From NCBI GenBank assembly GCA_009692265.1, contig SHZM01000012.1, positions 4,273 to 68,272 on the forward strand: DNA of 64,000 nt, read 5' to 3'. The notes under the pieces are model-generated. The model was given only the letters and a program-made list of their open reading frames with translations. It was not told where the DNA came from and did not search any database. This document shows positions 38,245 through 49,780 of this stretch, piece by piece. The number at the start of each line of letters is the position of its first letter. The first letter of the stretch is position 1. A program made the position numbers and the translations under genes. Origin of the DNA: Gammaproteobacteria bacterium. Lineage in GTDB: Bacteria; Pseudomonadota; Gammaproteobacteria; Ga0077536.

Positions 38245-39599
38245 CCGGCGAGTCTTTTCAGTATTTGTTGGTGAAATCCGCCGAAACTACCATTGCTCAT
38301 TATCAACAAATGGGACTTCGGGACCGCGACAGCATCTGCGGCGTCCAAGAGCGAATCTAGGTCAGTATGTACTGAGCAACGCGGTCCTAGGTCGTTGGCA
38401 ACCACGCCTAGATCCCAACCGAGCATGGGCGGCGCATAAAGCAGTACATGATTGGCTACGACAAGCGATGGTGCGAGTGTTGCTCGGTGTACGCCCATTC
38501 GCATGGTATTTGAGCGAGGCTCCAGAATGGCCACGATAGGTTCATCCCCGACTTTGTCTCGTAATCCTTCCAAAGTTGTCGCAATAGCAGTCGGGTGATG
38601 CGCAAAATCATCATAGACCGAAACTTCCCGCGCGACCCCAAGCAATTCAAGACGGCGCTTTACATTTTTGAAACCACGTACGAAGGGAAGTGCTCGCTCG
38701 GGGCTCATCCCCACCGCATTCGCCGCCGCGACCGCTGCCGCGAGGTTTAGCGCATTATGCTGTCCGACCAAGGGTGAATCGAAGCTGTAGCATTTATTAT
38801 CGAACTGGAGTTCGTAACGTCGGTGTCCGCGCTTGTGCCGCGATACAACTCGCCATGCAGCGGTGTCTGCCGTGCCGAATTCCTCGGTCGAACTCCAGCA
38901 GCCTCGCGCCAACGTCGTCGCCAGTTCGTGGTCATCTGCATTCCAGACAATGATCCCATTACTCGGCACGATGCGAACCAGATGATGAAACTGTGTTTGA
39001 ATCGCGGCCAAATCAGGGAAGATGTCCGCGTGATCGAATTCAAGATTATTCAGTACTAGTGTTCGAGGGCGGTAGTGGATGAATTTTGAACGTTTGTCGA
39101 AAAACGCCGTGTCGTATTCATCCGCTTCAATAACAAAATACTCGCTATTACCCAAGCGAGCCGGGACTTGAAAATTCTCCGGAATTCCGCCAATCAAAAA
39201 TCCAGGAGAGTAACCTCCTTGGTCCAGGATCCACGCGAGGAGACTGGCGGTAGTTGTTTTGCCATGAGTGCCGGCGACTGCGAGTACGTGTTTCCCTGGC
39301 AGAACGTGCTCGGCGAGCCACTGGGGGCCCGAGGAATATGCGATACCGTGGTCCAGCACGAATTCGACCAGCGGGTTCCCGCGACTTAACGCGTTTCCAA
39401 TGATCACGCAGTCAGGACGAGGATTTAAACTGCGAGCGTCCCATCCGCTATTGATGTCGATGCCGACCGAGGCGAGGAAATCGCTCATCGGCGGATACAC
39501 GTTAAGGTCGGAACCCGTGACCTTGTGGCCTAGCGACTTTGCGAGTTGCCCAAGACCCGCCATGAAGGTGCCGCAGATCCCTAGTAGATGAAGATGCAC
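38241..39599 (-). CDS. mpl: UDP-N-acetylmuramate:L-alanyl-gamma-D-glutamyl-meso-DAP ligase
   Basis: 452 aa. It starts MHLHLLGICGTFMAGLGQLAK and carries the Mur ligase P-loop AVAGTHGKTTT. Confidence 0.85.
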   Translation of the reverse strand: MHLHLLGICGTFMAGLGQLAKSLGHKVTGSDLNVYPPMSDFLASVGIDINSGWDARSLNPRPDCVIIGNALSRGNPLVEFVLDHGIAYSSGPQWLAEHVLPGKHVLAVAGTHGKTTTASLLAWILDQGGYSPGFLIGGIPENFQVPARLGNSEYFVIEADEYDTAFFDKRSKFIHYRPRTLVLNNLEFDHADIFPDLAAIQTQFHHLVRIVPSNGIIVWNADDHELATTLARGCWSSTEEFGTADTAAWRVVSRHKRGHRRYELQFDNKCYSFDSPLVGQHNALNLAAAVAAANAVGMSPERALPFVRGFKNVKRRLELLGVAREVSVYDDFAHHPTAIATTLEGLRDKVGDEPIVAILEPRSNTMRMGVHRATLAPSLVVANHVLLYAPPMLGWDLGVVANDLGPRCSVHTDLDSLLDAADAVAVPKSHLLIMSNGSFGGFHQQILKRLAG

Positions 39600-39646
39600 C
39601 TTAGTCCTTTACCTAGCGAGCGGGCGGAACAATTTAAGCGGCGAGC

Positions 39647-40909
39647 TTACCTTCCCGCATGCGCGGTCAGCAGCGCTGGCGGACCATCGCCATATCGTGT
39701 GTCGACGTAGGTTTTGAGAATCGCCTTGAAGTCTTCGCCAATTTGGTCGCCGCGTAACGTCGTGAATTTTTCACCATCGATAAAGACCGGGGCCGAAGGC
39801 GCTTCGCCGGTACCTGGCAAGCTAATTCCGATATTTGCGTGCTTGCTTTCGCCGGGTCCGTTAACTACACAGCCCATGACCGCGAGAGTCATCGCCTCGA
39901 CGCCAGGATACTGATCTCGCCAGAGGGGCATCTGCGTGCGGACGTAGGCTTGAATGTCCTCCGCAAGTTCCTGGAACACCGTGCTGGTCGTGCGCCCACA
40001 GCCCGGACACGCCGTCACCAATGGGGTAAATGAGCGAAGCCCAATGGTTTGGAGGATTTCCTGCGCAACGATTACCTCTTTGGTGCGATCGCCACCCGGT
40101 TCGGGAGTGAGCGACACCCGGATCGTATCGCCGACCCCTTGGTGCAGTAGTACCCCCATTCCGGCAGTTGATGCCACAATCCCCTTGGAGCCCATGCCCG
40201 CTTCGGTAAGGCCTAAGTGCAGCGCATAGTCACAGCGCGCAGCGAGTTCCGCGTAGACCGCAATCAAGTCCTGGACACCACTAACCTTACAGCTCAACAC
40301 GATTTGGTTCCGTGCCAAGCCGATTTCTTCAGCCTTGGCAGCGCTTAATAGCGCCGATTCGATCAATGCAGCGCGGGTCACTTCGGTCGCGCTTTTAGGA
40401 CTTGCTGCACGCGCATTCTCGTCCATCATCCTGGTCACTAAACTCGGATCGAGGCTGCCCCAGTTCACCCCGATACGGATCGGCTTTTTGCGCGCAATCG
40501 CGACTTCAATCATGGTCGCGAACTGGCCGTCGCGCTTCCGGCCAAAGCCGACATTGCCTGGATTGATTCGATACTTAGCCAACGCATCGGCGCACGAGGG
40601 GTATTTCGTCAGCAGCAGATGGCCGTTGTAGTGGAAGTCGCCAATTAACGGGACACGGCATCCGACCGCATCCAAGCGGTCGCGAATTCTCCCGACTTGT
40701 TCTGCAGCTTCTTCGGTATTAACCGTGATTCGCACCAATTCTGAGCCCGCCGCGGCTAATTGCTGGACCTGTTTTGCTGTTCCAGCCGCATCGGCTGTGT
40801 CGGTATTGGTCATTGATTGCACGACAATCGGATGATCCCCACCGATCGTGATGGGCCCAACTTTTACCGGGACACTGGTCCGCCGAAGATAGTGAAGATT
40901 GCCGTTCAT
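39647..40909 (-). CDS. ispG: 4-hydroxy-3-methylbut-2-enyl diphosphate synthase
   Basis: An internal ATG at 40909 gives about 420 aa. VQSMTNT, the TIM-barrel region and the C-terminal Fe-S motif ACPGCGRT...GCVVNGPGE are present. Confidence 0.9.
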   Translation of the reverse strand: MNGNLHYLRRTSVPVKVGPITIGGDHPIVVQSMTNTDTADAAGTAKQVQQLAAAGSELVRITVNTEEAAEQVGRIRDRLDAVGCRVPLIGDFHYNGHLLLTKYPSCADALAKYRINPGNVGFGRKRDGQFATMIEVAIARKKPIRIGVNWGSLDPSLVTRMMDENARAASPKSATEVTRAALIESALLSAAKAEEIGLARNQIVLSCKVSGVQDLIAVYAELAARCDYALHLGLTEAGMGSKGIVASTAGMGVLLHQGVGDTIRVSLTPEPGGDRTKEVIVAQEILQTIGLRSFTPLVTACPGCGRTTSTVFQELAEDIQAYVRTQMPLWRDQYPGVEAMTLAVMGCVVNGPGESKHANIGISLPGTGEAPSAPVFIDGEKFTTLRGDQIGEDFKAILKTYVDTRYGDGPPALLTAHAGR

Positions 40910-41033
40910 GGAGCCGTTCCTGAGGTGAGGGTGCGATGCAGCATTGTATCCGCCGATTCTAGCCCAGCGCTTGCAGCACAGCCACCGCAACGCTACGGCG
41001 CGGGGCGTTGCGGACGACCTCTGATCAGTGAGG

Positions 41034-41727
41034 TCAGTTCGAGCTGAGGCGCTCGAGGCGATACCCGTGCTGATAAATCGATGACAACTTCCAGCCCATT
41101 TCCGGGGCGAGAGCTAATTTAGTACGGATCCGGCTTACATGGGTATCAACCGTGCGTGTGTTGATATCTGGGTTGCGACCCCACATGCTTTCAAGGATAT
41201 GAGCCCGCGAAAGGACACGTCCAATATTCCGAAACAAAAAGACTACGAGTTCATACTCTTTTTGTGTGACTTCAACACGCTCGCCGCCTTTTTTTATCTC
41301 GTGGTTAGCCAGATCGATATGAAAAGGCTCGAAATCGATGACGGTTTGCGCCTCGTCGATGGTTGAGACACGCCGTACAACGGCGGTAATTCGGGCGAGC
41401 AGTTCGCGTTGCTTCGCGGGTTTAACGATGTAGTCGTCCGCGCCTTGTTCCAGCGCCCGTACGATGTCGTCTTCCTTGTCTTTGGCGGTCACAAAGACCA
41501 CCGGGATCGGCCATTCAAAGTTCTGTCGCACCCACCCGAGAACTTCATAGCCATCCATGTCCGGGATCCATCCAGTCGAGGATCATCGCGTCGTAGCTAT
41601 CGTGTTTGACCGTGCGCACGAATTGTTTTCCAGACTTAAAGTGCTCGCAGGTATGGCCGGCGCTTTTCAGCCATTCTAGGAATAGATTTGCTTGGTCCGG
41701 ATCGTCTTCGAGCAGTGCTGTTCTCAA
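41034..41727 (-). pseudogene. OmpR/PhoB-family response regulator, interrupted by a single-base frameshift just after the phospho-acceptor Asp
   Basis: ORF 41545..41727 (MRTALLEDDPDQ...AMILDWMDPG) plus ORF 41034..41558 (MDGYEVL...winged-helix) reconstitute one REC + Trans_reg_C protein if one base near 41559 is removed. Confidence 0.8.
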
Positions 41728-41941
41728 GGCTGGTCTCCTTAAATTTGGTTCCGCGGCTAGCCCCGCGAACGCGTGATTGTTACGCTTGCGATGGTCAAAC
41801 CCCGGCGACTGCCTATGATAACGCCGGGCTTGCCAGCCGCAAGCATTTCAACAAGATAGATATCTACCTTGATACAAGGTGGAAAGTTGGGATACACAAA
41901 TTATTAGAGCAAACTCCGCTCTGCCAGACTCGAGGTGAGGA

Positions 41942-42340
41942 ATGAGCAAGGTAATAAAGACCGAAGATCAATGGCGGGCCGAACTGAGCACCGCCGAGTA
42001 TGCCGTATGCCGTGAACATGGGACCGAACGCGCCTTCACTGGCGAGTACAACGCTTCCAAACAAGACGGTGAGTATCAATGCCGCTGTTGTGGCGCGCGA
42101 CTCTTCGATTCGGCGCAGAAATTCGATTCCGGTAGCGGCTGGCCGAGTTTCTGGGCACCGGCCGCGGAAGACAATGTCGCGACCTTGACCGATCAAAGCT
42201 ATGGCATGACTCGAACTGAAGTGCTCTGTGCGCACTGTGACGCGCATTTGGGACATGTTTTCCCGGATGGCCCGCAGCCAACGGGATTACGCTACTGCAT
42301 AAATTCGGTCTCTCTGAAACTTGAAGCGCGCGAACGTTAA
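41942..42340 (+). CDS. msrB: Peptide-methionine (R)-S-oxide reductase
   Basis: 132 aa with two CxxC pairs, GWPSF and the catalytic RYCINS. Confidence 0.95.
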   Translation: MSKVIKTEDQWRAELSTAEYAVCREHGTERAFTGEYNASKQDGEYQCRCCGARLFDSAQKFDSGSGWPSFWAPAAEDNVATLTDQSYGMTRTEVLCAHCDAHLGHVFPDGPQPTGLRYCINSVSLKLEARER

Positions 42341-42588
42341 TGGAGCAGAGGGAGTACTGCGGCGCTTTCGTCGAAAGTATCGATGCGCGAGGATTGAACT
42401 GCCCGCTGCCGCTGTTAAAAATGAAAAGGGCCTTGGCGCATGCGCAGCGTGGTGAGCGAGTCTATTTACAGGCGACGGATCCGAATACGCTGCGCGATAT
42501 CACGGCCTACGCGTATCAAGCTAATCACGCGCTCGTTCACGCCAGCACCCTCGGCACCGTGTTCCACTTGGTAGTCGAGAAAGTCTAG
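42340..42588 (+). CDS. TusA/SirA-family sulfurtransferase-like protein
   Basis: 82 aa with the CPxP motif (GLNCPLPLLK). Its start overlaps the msrB stop (TAATG). Confidence 0.75.
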   Translation: MEQREYCGAFVESIDARGLNCPLPLLKMKRALAHAQRGERVYLQATDPNTLRDITAYAYQANHALVHASTLGTVFHLVVEKV

Positions 42589-42618
42589 CCGCGAGGTTAG
42601 CATCTTCGTGCAGAGGTA

Positions 42619-43185
42619 CTAGGCTTTCGGGAGAGTTACTCCGGTCTGCGCCTGATACTTCCCGCCGCGATCTCGATAAGAAATGTCGCACGCGCAATCC
42701 GATTCGAGAAAAATCACCTGTGCGACACCTTCGTTAGCATAAATTTTGGCGGGCAAGGTAGTCGTATTTGAAAACTCCAAGGTCACATGGCCTTCCCACT
42801 CCGGTTCGAGCGGCGTCACGTTGACGATAATTCCGCAACGCGCATAGGTCGATTTACCTAAACAAATTGTGAGTACATTGCGCGGGATCCGGAAGTACTC
42901 AACGGTACGCGCTAACGCGAACGAGTTCGGTGGGATTATGCAAACGTCGGCATTTACGTCCACGAAGCTGGCGGGATCAAAATTTTTTGGATCCACGATT
43001 GCTGAGTTGATGTTCGTGAACACCTTGAATTCCGGCGCGCAGCGAATGTCATAGCCGTAGCTTGAGGTACCATAGGAAATAACACGACGGCCCTCAAGTT
43101 CACGCACTTGTTGCGGCTCGAAGGGCTCGATCATGCGAGCCTCGCGTGCCATTCGATTTATCCACGAGTCTGCTTTGACCGGCAT
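42619..43185 (-). CDS. dcd: dCTP deaminase
   Basis: 188 aa with the motifs IEPFEP...SSYGYD...EFSN. Confidence 0.9.
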   Translation of the reverse strand: MPVKADSWINRMAREARMIEPFEPQQVRELEGRRVISYGTSSYGYDIRCAPEFKVFTNINSAIVDPKNFDPASFVDVNADVCIIPPNSFALARTVEYFRIPRNVLTICLGKSTYARCGIIVNVTPLEPEWEGHVTLEFSNTTTLPAKIYANEGVAQVIFLESDCACDISYRDRGGKYQAQTGVTLPKA

Positions 43186-43211
43186 ATTCGGAAGATCCGA
43201 GCTGGGAAGCC

Positions 43212-44303
43212 TTAAGTGCTTTTCTGAATCACGATGTTGGGGAAGCGGCCGCTGTAATCACGGGCGCGCAGGGCAAGCTTGGTCGTAACCCTGCGCGCGA
43301 TCTCGCGGTAGACCTGAGTCGCTACGGAATCTGGGTCTGTCTCGACCGTGGGTCTACCATTATCTACGCCTTCGCGGATGCGTATATCGAGCGGCAGCGA
43401 ACCCAGAAGATCCACATTATGCTGCGCAGCCATTGTGGCACCGCCACCGGCGCCGAAGATGTGCTCGGCGTGTCCGCAGTTGGTGCACACGTGTACACTC
43501 ATATTTTCCACCACACCAAGCACCGGTACGTCGACTTTCTCGAACATCTTAAGCCCCTTGCGTGCATCCATTAACGCGATGTCTTGTGGGGTCGTGACGA
43601 TGATCGCGCCACTTAAGGGAACTTTTTGACACAATGTAAGCTGGATATCGCCAGTGCCAGGTGGGAGATCGATGACTAAATAATCCAAATCACGCCAATT
43701 CGTCTCACGCAGGAGCTGTTCTAGCGCACTCGTGGCCATCGGGCCGCGCCAGATCATTGGCGTATCTTCTTCAATGAGGTGTCCGATCGAAATACACTGG
43801 ATACCGAAGCTCACCTTCGGTTCCATCGACTTTCCATCGCGTGAGTCCGGGCGTCCAGGACAGCCGAGCATGCGTGGCTGACTGGGGCCATAGATGTCGG
43901 CATCTAGGAGGCCGACCGTAGCCCCTTCATCGCGTAACGCTAAGGCCAGATTTACTGCCGTGGTCGACTTTCCAACACCACCTTTGCCCGAGGCAACAGC
44001 GATGGTGTTTTTGACCCCGGGCAACGTTTTGACCCCTTTCTGCACCGAATGCGCGACGATTTTCGTCTCCCATCGGAACGTTAGCGCGGTGCCCGGCGCG
44101 AGCGGTGACAACGCCTTCGCGAGTTCGGCTTCCAACGTCGCGCGATGGCGCGCGAGCGGGAAACCTGCCTCGAGTTCAATGGCGATTTTCTGCTCGTCGG
44201 TAATGATGTTCTTCAGCATACCTGCGCTAACTACGTCGACGCCTAAATAGGGATCACGATAGCTGCGCAGGGATGATTCGATCTGTTCTTTGGTCGCGGT
44301 CAT
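43212..44303 (-). CDS. apbC: Fe-S cluster carrier ATPase ApbC/Mrp
   Basis: 363 aa with the deviant Walker [11 protein letters not shown] and CxxC (CTNCGH). It is divergent from metG, as in E. coli. Confidence 0.9.
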   Translation of the reverse strand: MTATKEQIESSLRSYRDPYLGVDVVSAGMLKNIITDEQKIAIELEAGFPLARHRATLEAELAKALSPLAPGTALTFRWETKIVAHSVQKGVKTLPGVKNTIAVASGKGGVGKSTTAVNLALALRDEGATVGLLDADIYGPSQPRMLGCPGRPDSRDGKSMEPKVSFGIQCISIGHLIEEDTPMIWRGPMATSALEQLLRETNWRDLDYLVIDLPPGTGDIQLTLCQKVPLSGAIIVTTPQDIALMDARKGLKMFEKVDVPVLGVVENMSVHVCTNCGHAEHIFGAGGGATMAAQHNVDLLGSLPLDIRIREGVDNGRPTVETDPDSVATQVYREIARRVTTKLALRARDYSGRFPNIVIQKST

Positions 44304-44480
44304 GGTGTTGCTCTTAGAAGGGCCTCGGTATTGTACACAATGGGCTCAGCCGCCGAGGATCTCGGCTGAATTGACGGCGGGCATGCGGCGGTGATCCATG
44401 ACACTGGTGCAGGCTGGATGCTAATTTAGCGCGTCGACGGTAACCCGTTGCTGAAATAGCCTTATTAATTCCGAGACCCG

Positions 44481-46511
44481 ATGAACACACTTGCACGCCG
44501 CATGCTCGTTACCAGCGCATTGCCCTACGCGAATGGCCCGATTCATATCGGGCATCTTGTTGAATACATCCAAACCGATATTTGGGTGCGTTTCCAGAAA
44601 ATGCGCGGGCACCAGTGTTACTACGTGTGTGCGGATGATGCGCATGGAACACCGATCATGCTGCGCGCGGAGCAGGAAGGGGTGACCGCCGAACAGCTGA
44701 TCGCACGAATCGGCGCTGAACATCGCGCGGACTTTGCCGGCTTCAGTGTGGGTTTCGATCATTATCATTCGACGCATTCACCGGAAAACCGTGAAATCGC
44801 GACGCTTATCTATGAGCGCTTACGAGACGCCGGACATATCGTGCGCCGGACCATCCGACAAGCCTACGATCCGCTCAAGGCGATGTTTCTCCCGGATCGC
44901 TTTATCCGCGGCACCTGCCCGCGCTGTGGCGCGACCGATCAGTATGGCGATAGCTGTGAAGTGTGCGGTGCGACTTATGCGCCGACCGATCTAATCGATC
45001 CCCGTTCCGCCCTCTCGGGGGTGACTCCAGAACAGCGGGAATCCGAGCACCTGTTTTTTCAGCTCGGGCATTTTGAAGGGATGTTACGAGACTGGATTGT
45101 AACGAGCGAGCTGCAAGCGGGCGCTGTGAACAAACTGAAAGAGTGGTTCGATGCCGGCTTGCAGGATTGGGATATATCGCGCGACGCGCCGTATTTCGGC
45201 TTCGAAATTCCGGACGCACCTGGCAAGTATTTTTATGTCTGGTTGGATGCGCCAATCGGTTATTTCGCGAGCTTTAAGGCCCTTTGCGCACAGCGTGGCC
45301 TGGAATTCGACGCGTTTTGCGGAGTTGAGAGTAGTACCGAGCTCTACCATTTCATCGGTAAAGACATTATGTATTTTCACACGCTGTTTTGGCCGGCCAT
45401 GCTGCACGGTGCCGGGTTTCGTGTGCCAACGAATGTCTTTGTGCATGGCTTTCTTACCGTCGACGGCCAGAAAATGTCGAAATCGCGTGGGACATTTATT
45501 ACCGCTCGAACCTATCTGACCCATCTTGATCCGGAGTATTTACGGTACTACTTCGCCGCCAAATTAGGTCCGGCGATCGACGACATCGATTTAAACCTCG
45601 CCGACTTCCAGGCCAGGGTCAATTCCGATTTGGTCGGAAAGGTCGTGAATATCGCGAGCCGTTGTGCAGGATTCATCACCAAGCACTTTGATGGAAACTT
45701 GAGCGCGCAAAGTGATGAGCCTGAATTGTTGCGACGGTTTCAAAGCGCCGGAGAATCGATTGCGCAAGCCTACGAGGCGCGCGATTACTCGCGTGCGATG
45801 CGTGAAATCATGCAGCTGGCGGATTTGGCGAATCAATACATCGATCTCCGCAAGCCGTGGCTACTTGCGAAGGCGCAGGAGCAAATCACGGTGCTCCATG
45901 CGGTGTGCTCGACCGGCATTGAACTATTTCGTCTGTTGACCATTTATTTGAAACCGGTGCTGCCTGGAATGGCGATAGCGGTGGAAGAATTTCTAGGTTG
46001 TGCTGAATTCACCTGGAGTGCTGCGGCCGAGACCTTGGGTGCGCACCGAATCAAACCTTTTAAACCGCTGAAAACGCGGATAGATCCGGAGAAAGTTGCT
46101 GCGATGATTGAGGATTCCAAAGCGAGCAAAGCGCCAGCAAACCCGCTGCCGCAAGTTCAAGCGAAGGCGAGCGAGCCCGCGATTCCAGAAATATCGATTG
46201 AGGATTTTGCGAAGGTCGATCTTCGTGTGGCGTTGGTAGTCGATGCGCAGCACGTCCCAGGCGCCGAAAAGTTAATCCAACTCAAGCTGGATATCGGCAC
46301 CGAAACACGCACGGTGTTCGCTGGGATCAAATCGACTTATCGTCCGGAAGAGTTGATCGGCAGCCAAGTTGTTCTGGTGGCAAATCTCGCGCCACGAAAA
46401 ATGCGCTTCGGTACTTCCGAGGGCATGATTTTAGTCGCGGGCTCGGGCAACGGTGAACTATTCGTGATTAGTCCACAATCAGGTGCGGCGCCTGGCATGC
46501 GGGTCAAATAG
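44481..46511 (+). CDS. metG: Methionine--tRNA ligase
   Basis: 676 aa with the HIGH variant (PIHIGH), KMSKS, a Zn knuckle (CPRCG...CEVCG) and a C-terminal tRNA-binding domain. Confidence 0.95.
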   Translation: MNTLARRMLVTSALPYANGPIHIGHLVEYIQTDIWVRFQKMRGHQCYYVCADDAHGTPIMLRAEQEGVTAEQLIARIGAEHRADFAGFSVGFDHYHSTHSPENREIATLIYERLRDAGHIVRRTIRQAYDPLKAMFLPDRFIRGTCPRCGATDQYGDSCEVCGATYAPTDLIDPRSALSGVTPEQRESEHLFFQLGHFEGMLRDWIVTSELQAGAVNKLKEWFDAGLQDWDISRDAPYFGFEIPDAPGKYFYVWLDAPIGYFASFKALCAQRGLEFDAFCGVESSTELYHFIGKDIMYFHTLFWPAMLHGAGFRVPTNVFVHGFLTVDGQKMSKSRGTFITARTYLTHLDPEYLRYYFAAKLGPAIDDIDLNLADFQARVNSDLVGKVVNIASRCAGFITKHFDGNLSAQSDEPELLRRFQSAGESIAQAYEARDYSRAMREIMQLADLANQYIDLRKPWLLAKAQEQITVLHAVCSTGIELFRLLTIYLKPVLPGMAIAVEEFLGCAEFTWSAAAETLGAHRIKPFKPLKTRIDPEKVAAMIEDSKASKAPANPLPQVQAKASEPAIPEISIEDFAKVDLRVALVVDAQHVPGAEKLIQLKLDIGTETRTVFAGIKSTYRPEELIGSQVVLVANLAPRKMRFGTSEGMILVAGSGNGELFVISPQSGAAPGMRVK

Positions 46512-46527
46512 ACAACCAGTGCCTGCG

Positions 46528-47415
46528 ATGCCCAGTGTTTCTGACAGGGAACTCGCGGACAGAATCGGTACCGTGCTGCCACAGACACAGTGTGGACACT
46601 GTGGTTTTGACAGTTGTGCTCCCTTCGCTGAGGCCGTAGCGAAGCGAACGGCACACCCCGAACAGTGTACGCCAGGCGGTGCTCTGGTGGCGCGCCGACT
46701 GCGAGAGATACTTGGCGATACTCTGCAGATTCCCGCTCAAGCTGAACTTATGGCTCCGATCCCGCACCCCGCGATCGCGCGAATATCCGAAGCGGCATGC
46801 ATCGGGTGCACGAAGTGCCTGGAAGTATGCCCGGTCGATGCAATAGTCGGCGCGGCACACCAAATGCACACGGTGCTCGAGCAACATTGCACCGGATGCG
46901 GCCTCTGCCTACCGCCCTGTCCAGTGGACTGCATCGAATTGAGCCCACGGACTGAACTCGCGGGATCTTGGCCGGCCCGGAACTCTGCTGTAGCGCAGGT
47001 GATCACCGCAACTCCCGCACAGCCGTGTACTCGGTGTGAGGCTTGCGTTCCGGTGTGCCCCGAAAGCTTACGTCCTGATCGGCTCTTGCATGCCGCGCTT
47101 GCGCTTGAGGTAGACACGGTCGCCGAGCTCCGGCTTGAAGCGTGTACTGAATGCAACGCCTGCCAGGAAGTATGTCCGAGCCACATACCGCTGACGGCTT
47201 ACTTCATTCATACCAAGCAGATCGTGGCGGCCGCCGAGTCTGTCACTCGCACAGCGAGTGCAGCGGCGCGGCGCTATACGAGCCATCGCGAACGGCAGCA
47301 CCGCGGCACCGAAGATCGGCAGCACGCGAACCTGTTGATGTCGCTTGAATCGTTGAGTAGCGTCGCGGCAAAAGCAGAAATCGCGGCAGCCTTGGCACGT
47401 GCGCGGGAGCGCTAA
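46528..47415 (+). CDS. RnfB/RsxB-like polyferredoxin (soluble, no membrane anchor)
   Basis: It has the RnfB-type N-terminal cluster motif QCGHCGFDSC...CTPGG, two 4Fe-4S motifs (CIGCTKCLEVCP, CTGCGLCLPPCP) and two further CxxCxxCxxxCP motifs. It lies upstream of nth. Confidence 0.7.
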   Translation: MPSVSDRELADRIGTVLPQTQCGHCGFDSCAPFAEAVAKRTAHPEQCTPGGALVARRLREILGDTLQIPAQAELMAPIPHPAIARISEAACIGCTKCLEVCPVDAIVGAAHQMHTVLEQHCTGCGLCLPPCPVDCIELSPRTELAGSWPARNSAVAQVITATPAQPCTRCEACVPVCPESLRPDRLLHAALALEVDTVAELRLEACTECNACQEVCPSHIPLTAYFIHTKQIVAAAESVTRTASAAARRYTSHRERQHRGTEDRQHANLLMSLESLSSVAAKAEIAAALARARER

Positions 47416-47423
47416 CTGATGCC

Positions 47424-48062
47424 ATGAACAAACGCCAGGCAGGTGCTATCTTCAAGCTTCTCGCGGCCTCGGATCCCGCACCCACTACCGAATTGGCATA
47501 TTCCAGTACCTTCGAACTTCTCGTTTCCGTAATCCTCTCCGCGCAAGCGACTGATGTGAGTGTGAACAAAGCCACGCGCGGGCTTTTTTTGATTGCTAAT
47601 ACCCCCGCGAAGATGCTCGACCTGGGGGAACGTGGCCTTAAGCGCCATATCAAAACCATTGGTCTATTCAATGCCAAGGCAAGGCATATTATCGCGACCT
47701 CGCAGCGGCTTTTGGAACACCACGACGGTGAGGTGCCGAACTCCCGAGAGGGGTTGGAGGCACTTCCTGGGGTTGGTCGCAAAACCGCGAACGTCGTGTT
47801 GAATACAGCCTTTGGGGAACCGACTGTCGCCGTCGATACCCACATTTTCCGCGTCGCGAATCGAACCGGTCTCGCACCTGGGAAGACACCGCTGCAAGTC
47901 GAACAAGGTTTATTGGAGATTGTGCCGAGACGGTATTTGCAGCATGCGCACCATTGGTTGATATTGTACGGCAGATACGTGTGCGTCGCGCGGCAGCCGA
48001 AGTGCGGGATCTGTAAGCTTCGAAATCACTGCGAATGGCCGGCTAAGACGCCCGATAACTAA
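47424..48062 (+). CDS. nth: Endonuclease III
   Basis: 212 aa with HhH-GPD (LPGVGRKTANVVL) and the C-terminal Fe-S motif CxxxxxxCxxCxxxxxC. Confidence 0.95.
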   Translation: MNKRQAGAIFKLLAASDPAPTTELAYSSTFELLVSVILSAQATDVSVNKATRGLFLIANTPAKMLDLGERGLKRHIKTIGLFNAKARHIIATSQRLLEHHDGEVPNSREGLEALPGVGRKTANVVLNTAFGEPTVAVDTHIFRVANRTGLAPGKTPLQVEQGLLEIVPRRYLQHAHHWLILYGRYVCVARQPKCGICKLRNHCEWPAKTPDN

Positions 48063-48077
48063 GCTAGCGAGAACACG

Positions 48078-48506
48078 ATGTTTGTAGGTGAACCAGCCGA
48101 ATCGCGACGATATTTCTGGCAAGCCTGGCGCAAACACCAGGCGGGGGCTCGGTTGGAGCCGTTAGAAGTAATCGTGGTTAACGTCATCAGTCAGCATCCG
48201 GAATATCACAGCTTGTTTGCCGGGGATGAGCGTAGCGTGTGCGAGTATGGGGTGGGACTCGTAGCGCAAAATAACCCGTTTTTTCATCTTGGGCTGCATA
48301 TCGCGTTGCATGAGCAGCTGCAGAGCGATCGACCTGCCGGCATCCGCGCGCATTATCAGCGACAAATGATTACCTTGGGCGACAACGTGCATGCGGCTGA
48401 ACATCGCATTATGAAAATCCTGACGGAAGTACTGTTAAGTGCGCAGTCGAAAGGTGAGATGCCCGACGAAGGGGTGTATCTGGCTGAGTTAGCGAGTTTG
48501 GTATAA
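48078..48506 (+). CDS. Conserved hypothetical protein, likely DUF1841 family
   Basis: 142 aa. The family call rests on my memory of the motif pattern (FWQAW...HPEYH...NPFFHLGLH) and its position after nth. It has not been checked by search. Confidence 0.4.
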   Translation: MFVGEPAESRRYFWQAWRKHQAGARLEPLEVIVVNVISQHPEYHSLFAGDERSVCEYGVGLVAQNNPFFHLGLHIALHEQLQSDRPAGIRAHYQRQMITLGDNVHAAEHRIMKILTEVLLSAQSKGEMPDEGVYLAELASLV

Positions 48507-48514
48507 CCGCAGTC

Positions 48515-49780
48515 ATGGACGCGGAATTAACAACCTTGGAGCCCGAACCGCCGATCGACGGCGCGATAGCGAGCTTTCTCGCAACCATCACCTTGGATTT
48601 CGCGAGTTCGCTCGATATAGAAGAAGCCTTGCAGCATGCGATTGACCGGACCATCGGCTATCTTCGCGCTGAAGCCGCGTCCATTTTCCTGCTTGACGAT
48701 GCAAGTCGTACGTTAATTTGTCGCAAATGCGCCGGCCCCGTCGATATTACCGGCTTGCGTTTATCGCCGGACCAGGGAATCGTCGGCATGGCGGTGCAAA
48801 CCAATACGATACAGCTCGTGCGCGATGTACAGGAGAACACTAAATTTGCCGCCACCGTTGACGCTGGTACTGGCTTCGTAACCCGCTCGATTCTCTGTGT
48901 CCCGTTGGCGGTACGGGGGCGTTGCATTGGGGCGCTCGAAGTGATCAACAAGCGCAGCGGTGACGGTCTATTCGCGACCGCGGATATGCATCTTGCTACT
49001 ACGGTAGCCGCCGCCGCCGCGTTGGCTATCCACAATGCGCGTATGGCGCAGGTGATGGTAGAACAGGAGCGCTTACGTAAAGAGCTTGAATTGGCGCGCG
49101 CTATTCAAATGAGTCTGCTGCCCTCGGAAACCAATCTTCCGATCTTTGGCTTGAATCTTCCGGCGCATCAGGTGTCTGGCGATTTCTACGACTATTTCGA
49201 ACTTCCCGACGGTCGCATTTATTTCAGCATCGCCGACGTCGCCGGCAAAGGCATGAATGCGGCATTGTTGATGGCGAAAACCACCAGCTTGTTACGCTGC
49301 CTGGCCAAGGAAATCGCGGATCCCGCCATCCTACTCGCCAAGGTCAATCGGGAAGTCTACGAGACGGCGTCACTGGGGCTGTTCGTGACCATAGTTGCCG
49401 GGTTTTTTGATCCGCTGACTTCCCAGGTACGCTACGCGAACGCCGGGCATCAGCCTCCTGTGCTGTGGCAACCGACCGGGATCCTGGAGAGCCCGAGCGC
49501 GAGCGCACCACCGCTAGGCGTCATGGCAAGTTTGGAGGCGACTACCGAGACCGTGCTGCTCGCCGGCGGTAGTTTTTATTTATTCACCGACGGGGTCACC
49601 GAAGCGTGCAACGCAGCCGACGAAGCATTGGGTCTGGAGGGATTAAGCAGTATCCTAGATCGTGTGAGCAGTATTCCCCGTACGGCGCGCTTACACGCGA
49701 TCGTGGCGGCGCTGGAACACCAACAGCGCGTGTTGCACGATGACCTTACCTTATTGCTGATTGAAACCGATGGCACCTAA
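48515..49780 (+). CDS. GAF domain + PP2C/SpoIIE-type phosphatase (RsbU-like)
   Basis: 421 aa. The GAF region reads SIFLLDD...GIVG...CVPL. The SpoIIE region reads GDFYDYF...IADVAGKGMNAALLM...ANAGH...FTDGVTE. Confidence 0.8.
   Translation: MDAELTTLEPEPPIDGAIASFLATITLDFASSLDIEEALQHAIDRTIGYLRAEAASIFLLDDASRTLICRKCAGPVDITGLRLSPDQGIVGMAVQTNTIQLVRDVQENTKFAATVDAGTGFVTRSILCVPLAVRGRCIGALEVINKRSGDGLFATADMHLATTVAAAAALAIHNARMAQVMVEQERLRKELELARAIQMSLLPSETNLPIFGLNLPAHQVSGDFYDYFELPDGRIYFSIADVAGKGMNAALLMAKTTSLLRCLAKEIADPAILLAKVNREVYETASLGLFVTIVAGFFDPLTSQVRYANAGHQPPVLWQPTGILESPSASAPPLGVMASLEATTETVLLAGGSFYLFTDGVTEACNAADEALGLEGLSSILDRVSSIPRTARLHAIVAALEHQQRVLHDDLTLLLIETDGT

Noticed and set aside
47243-47845. A 200-aa minus-strand ORF spans the rnfB-like/nth junction.
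   Set aside because: It is antisense to two strongly supported genes, endonuclease III and the polyferredoxin, and has no domain-like features.
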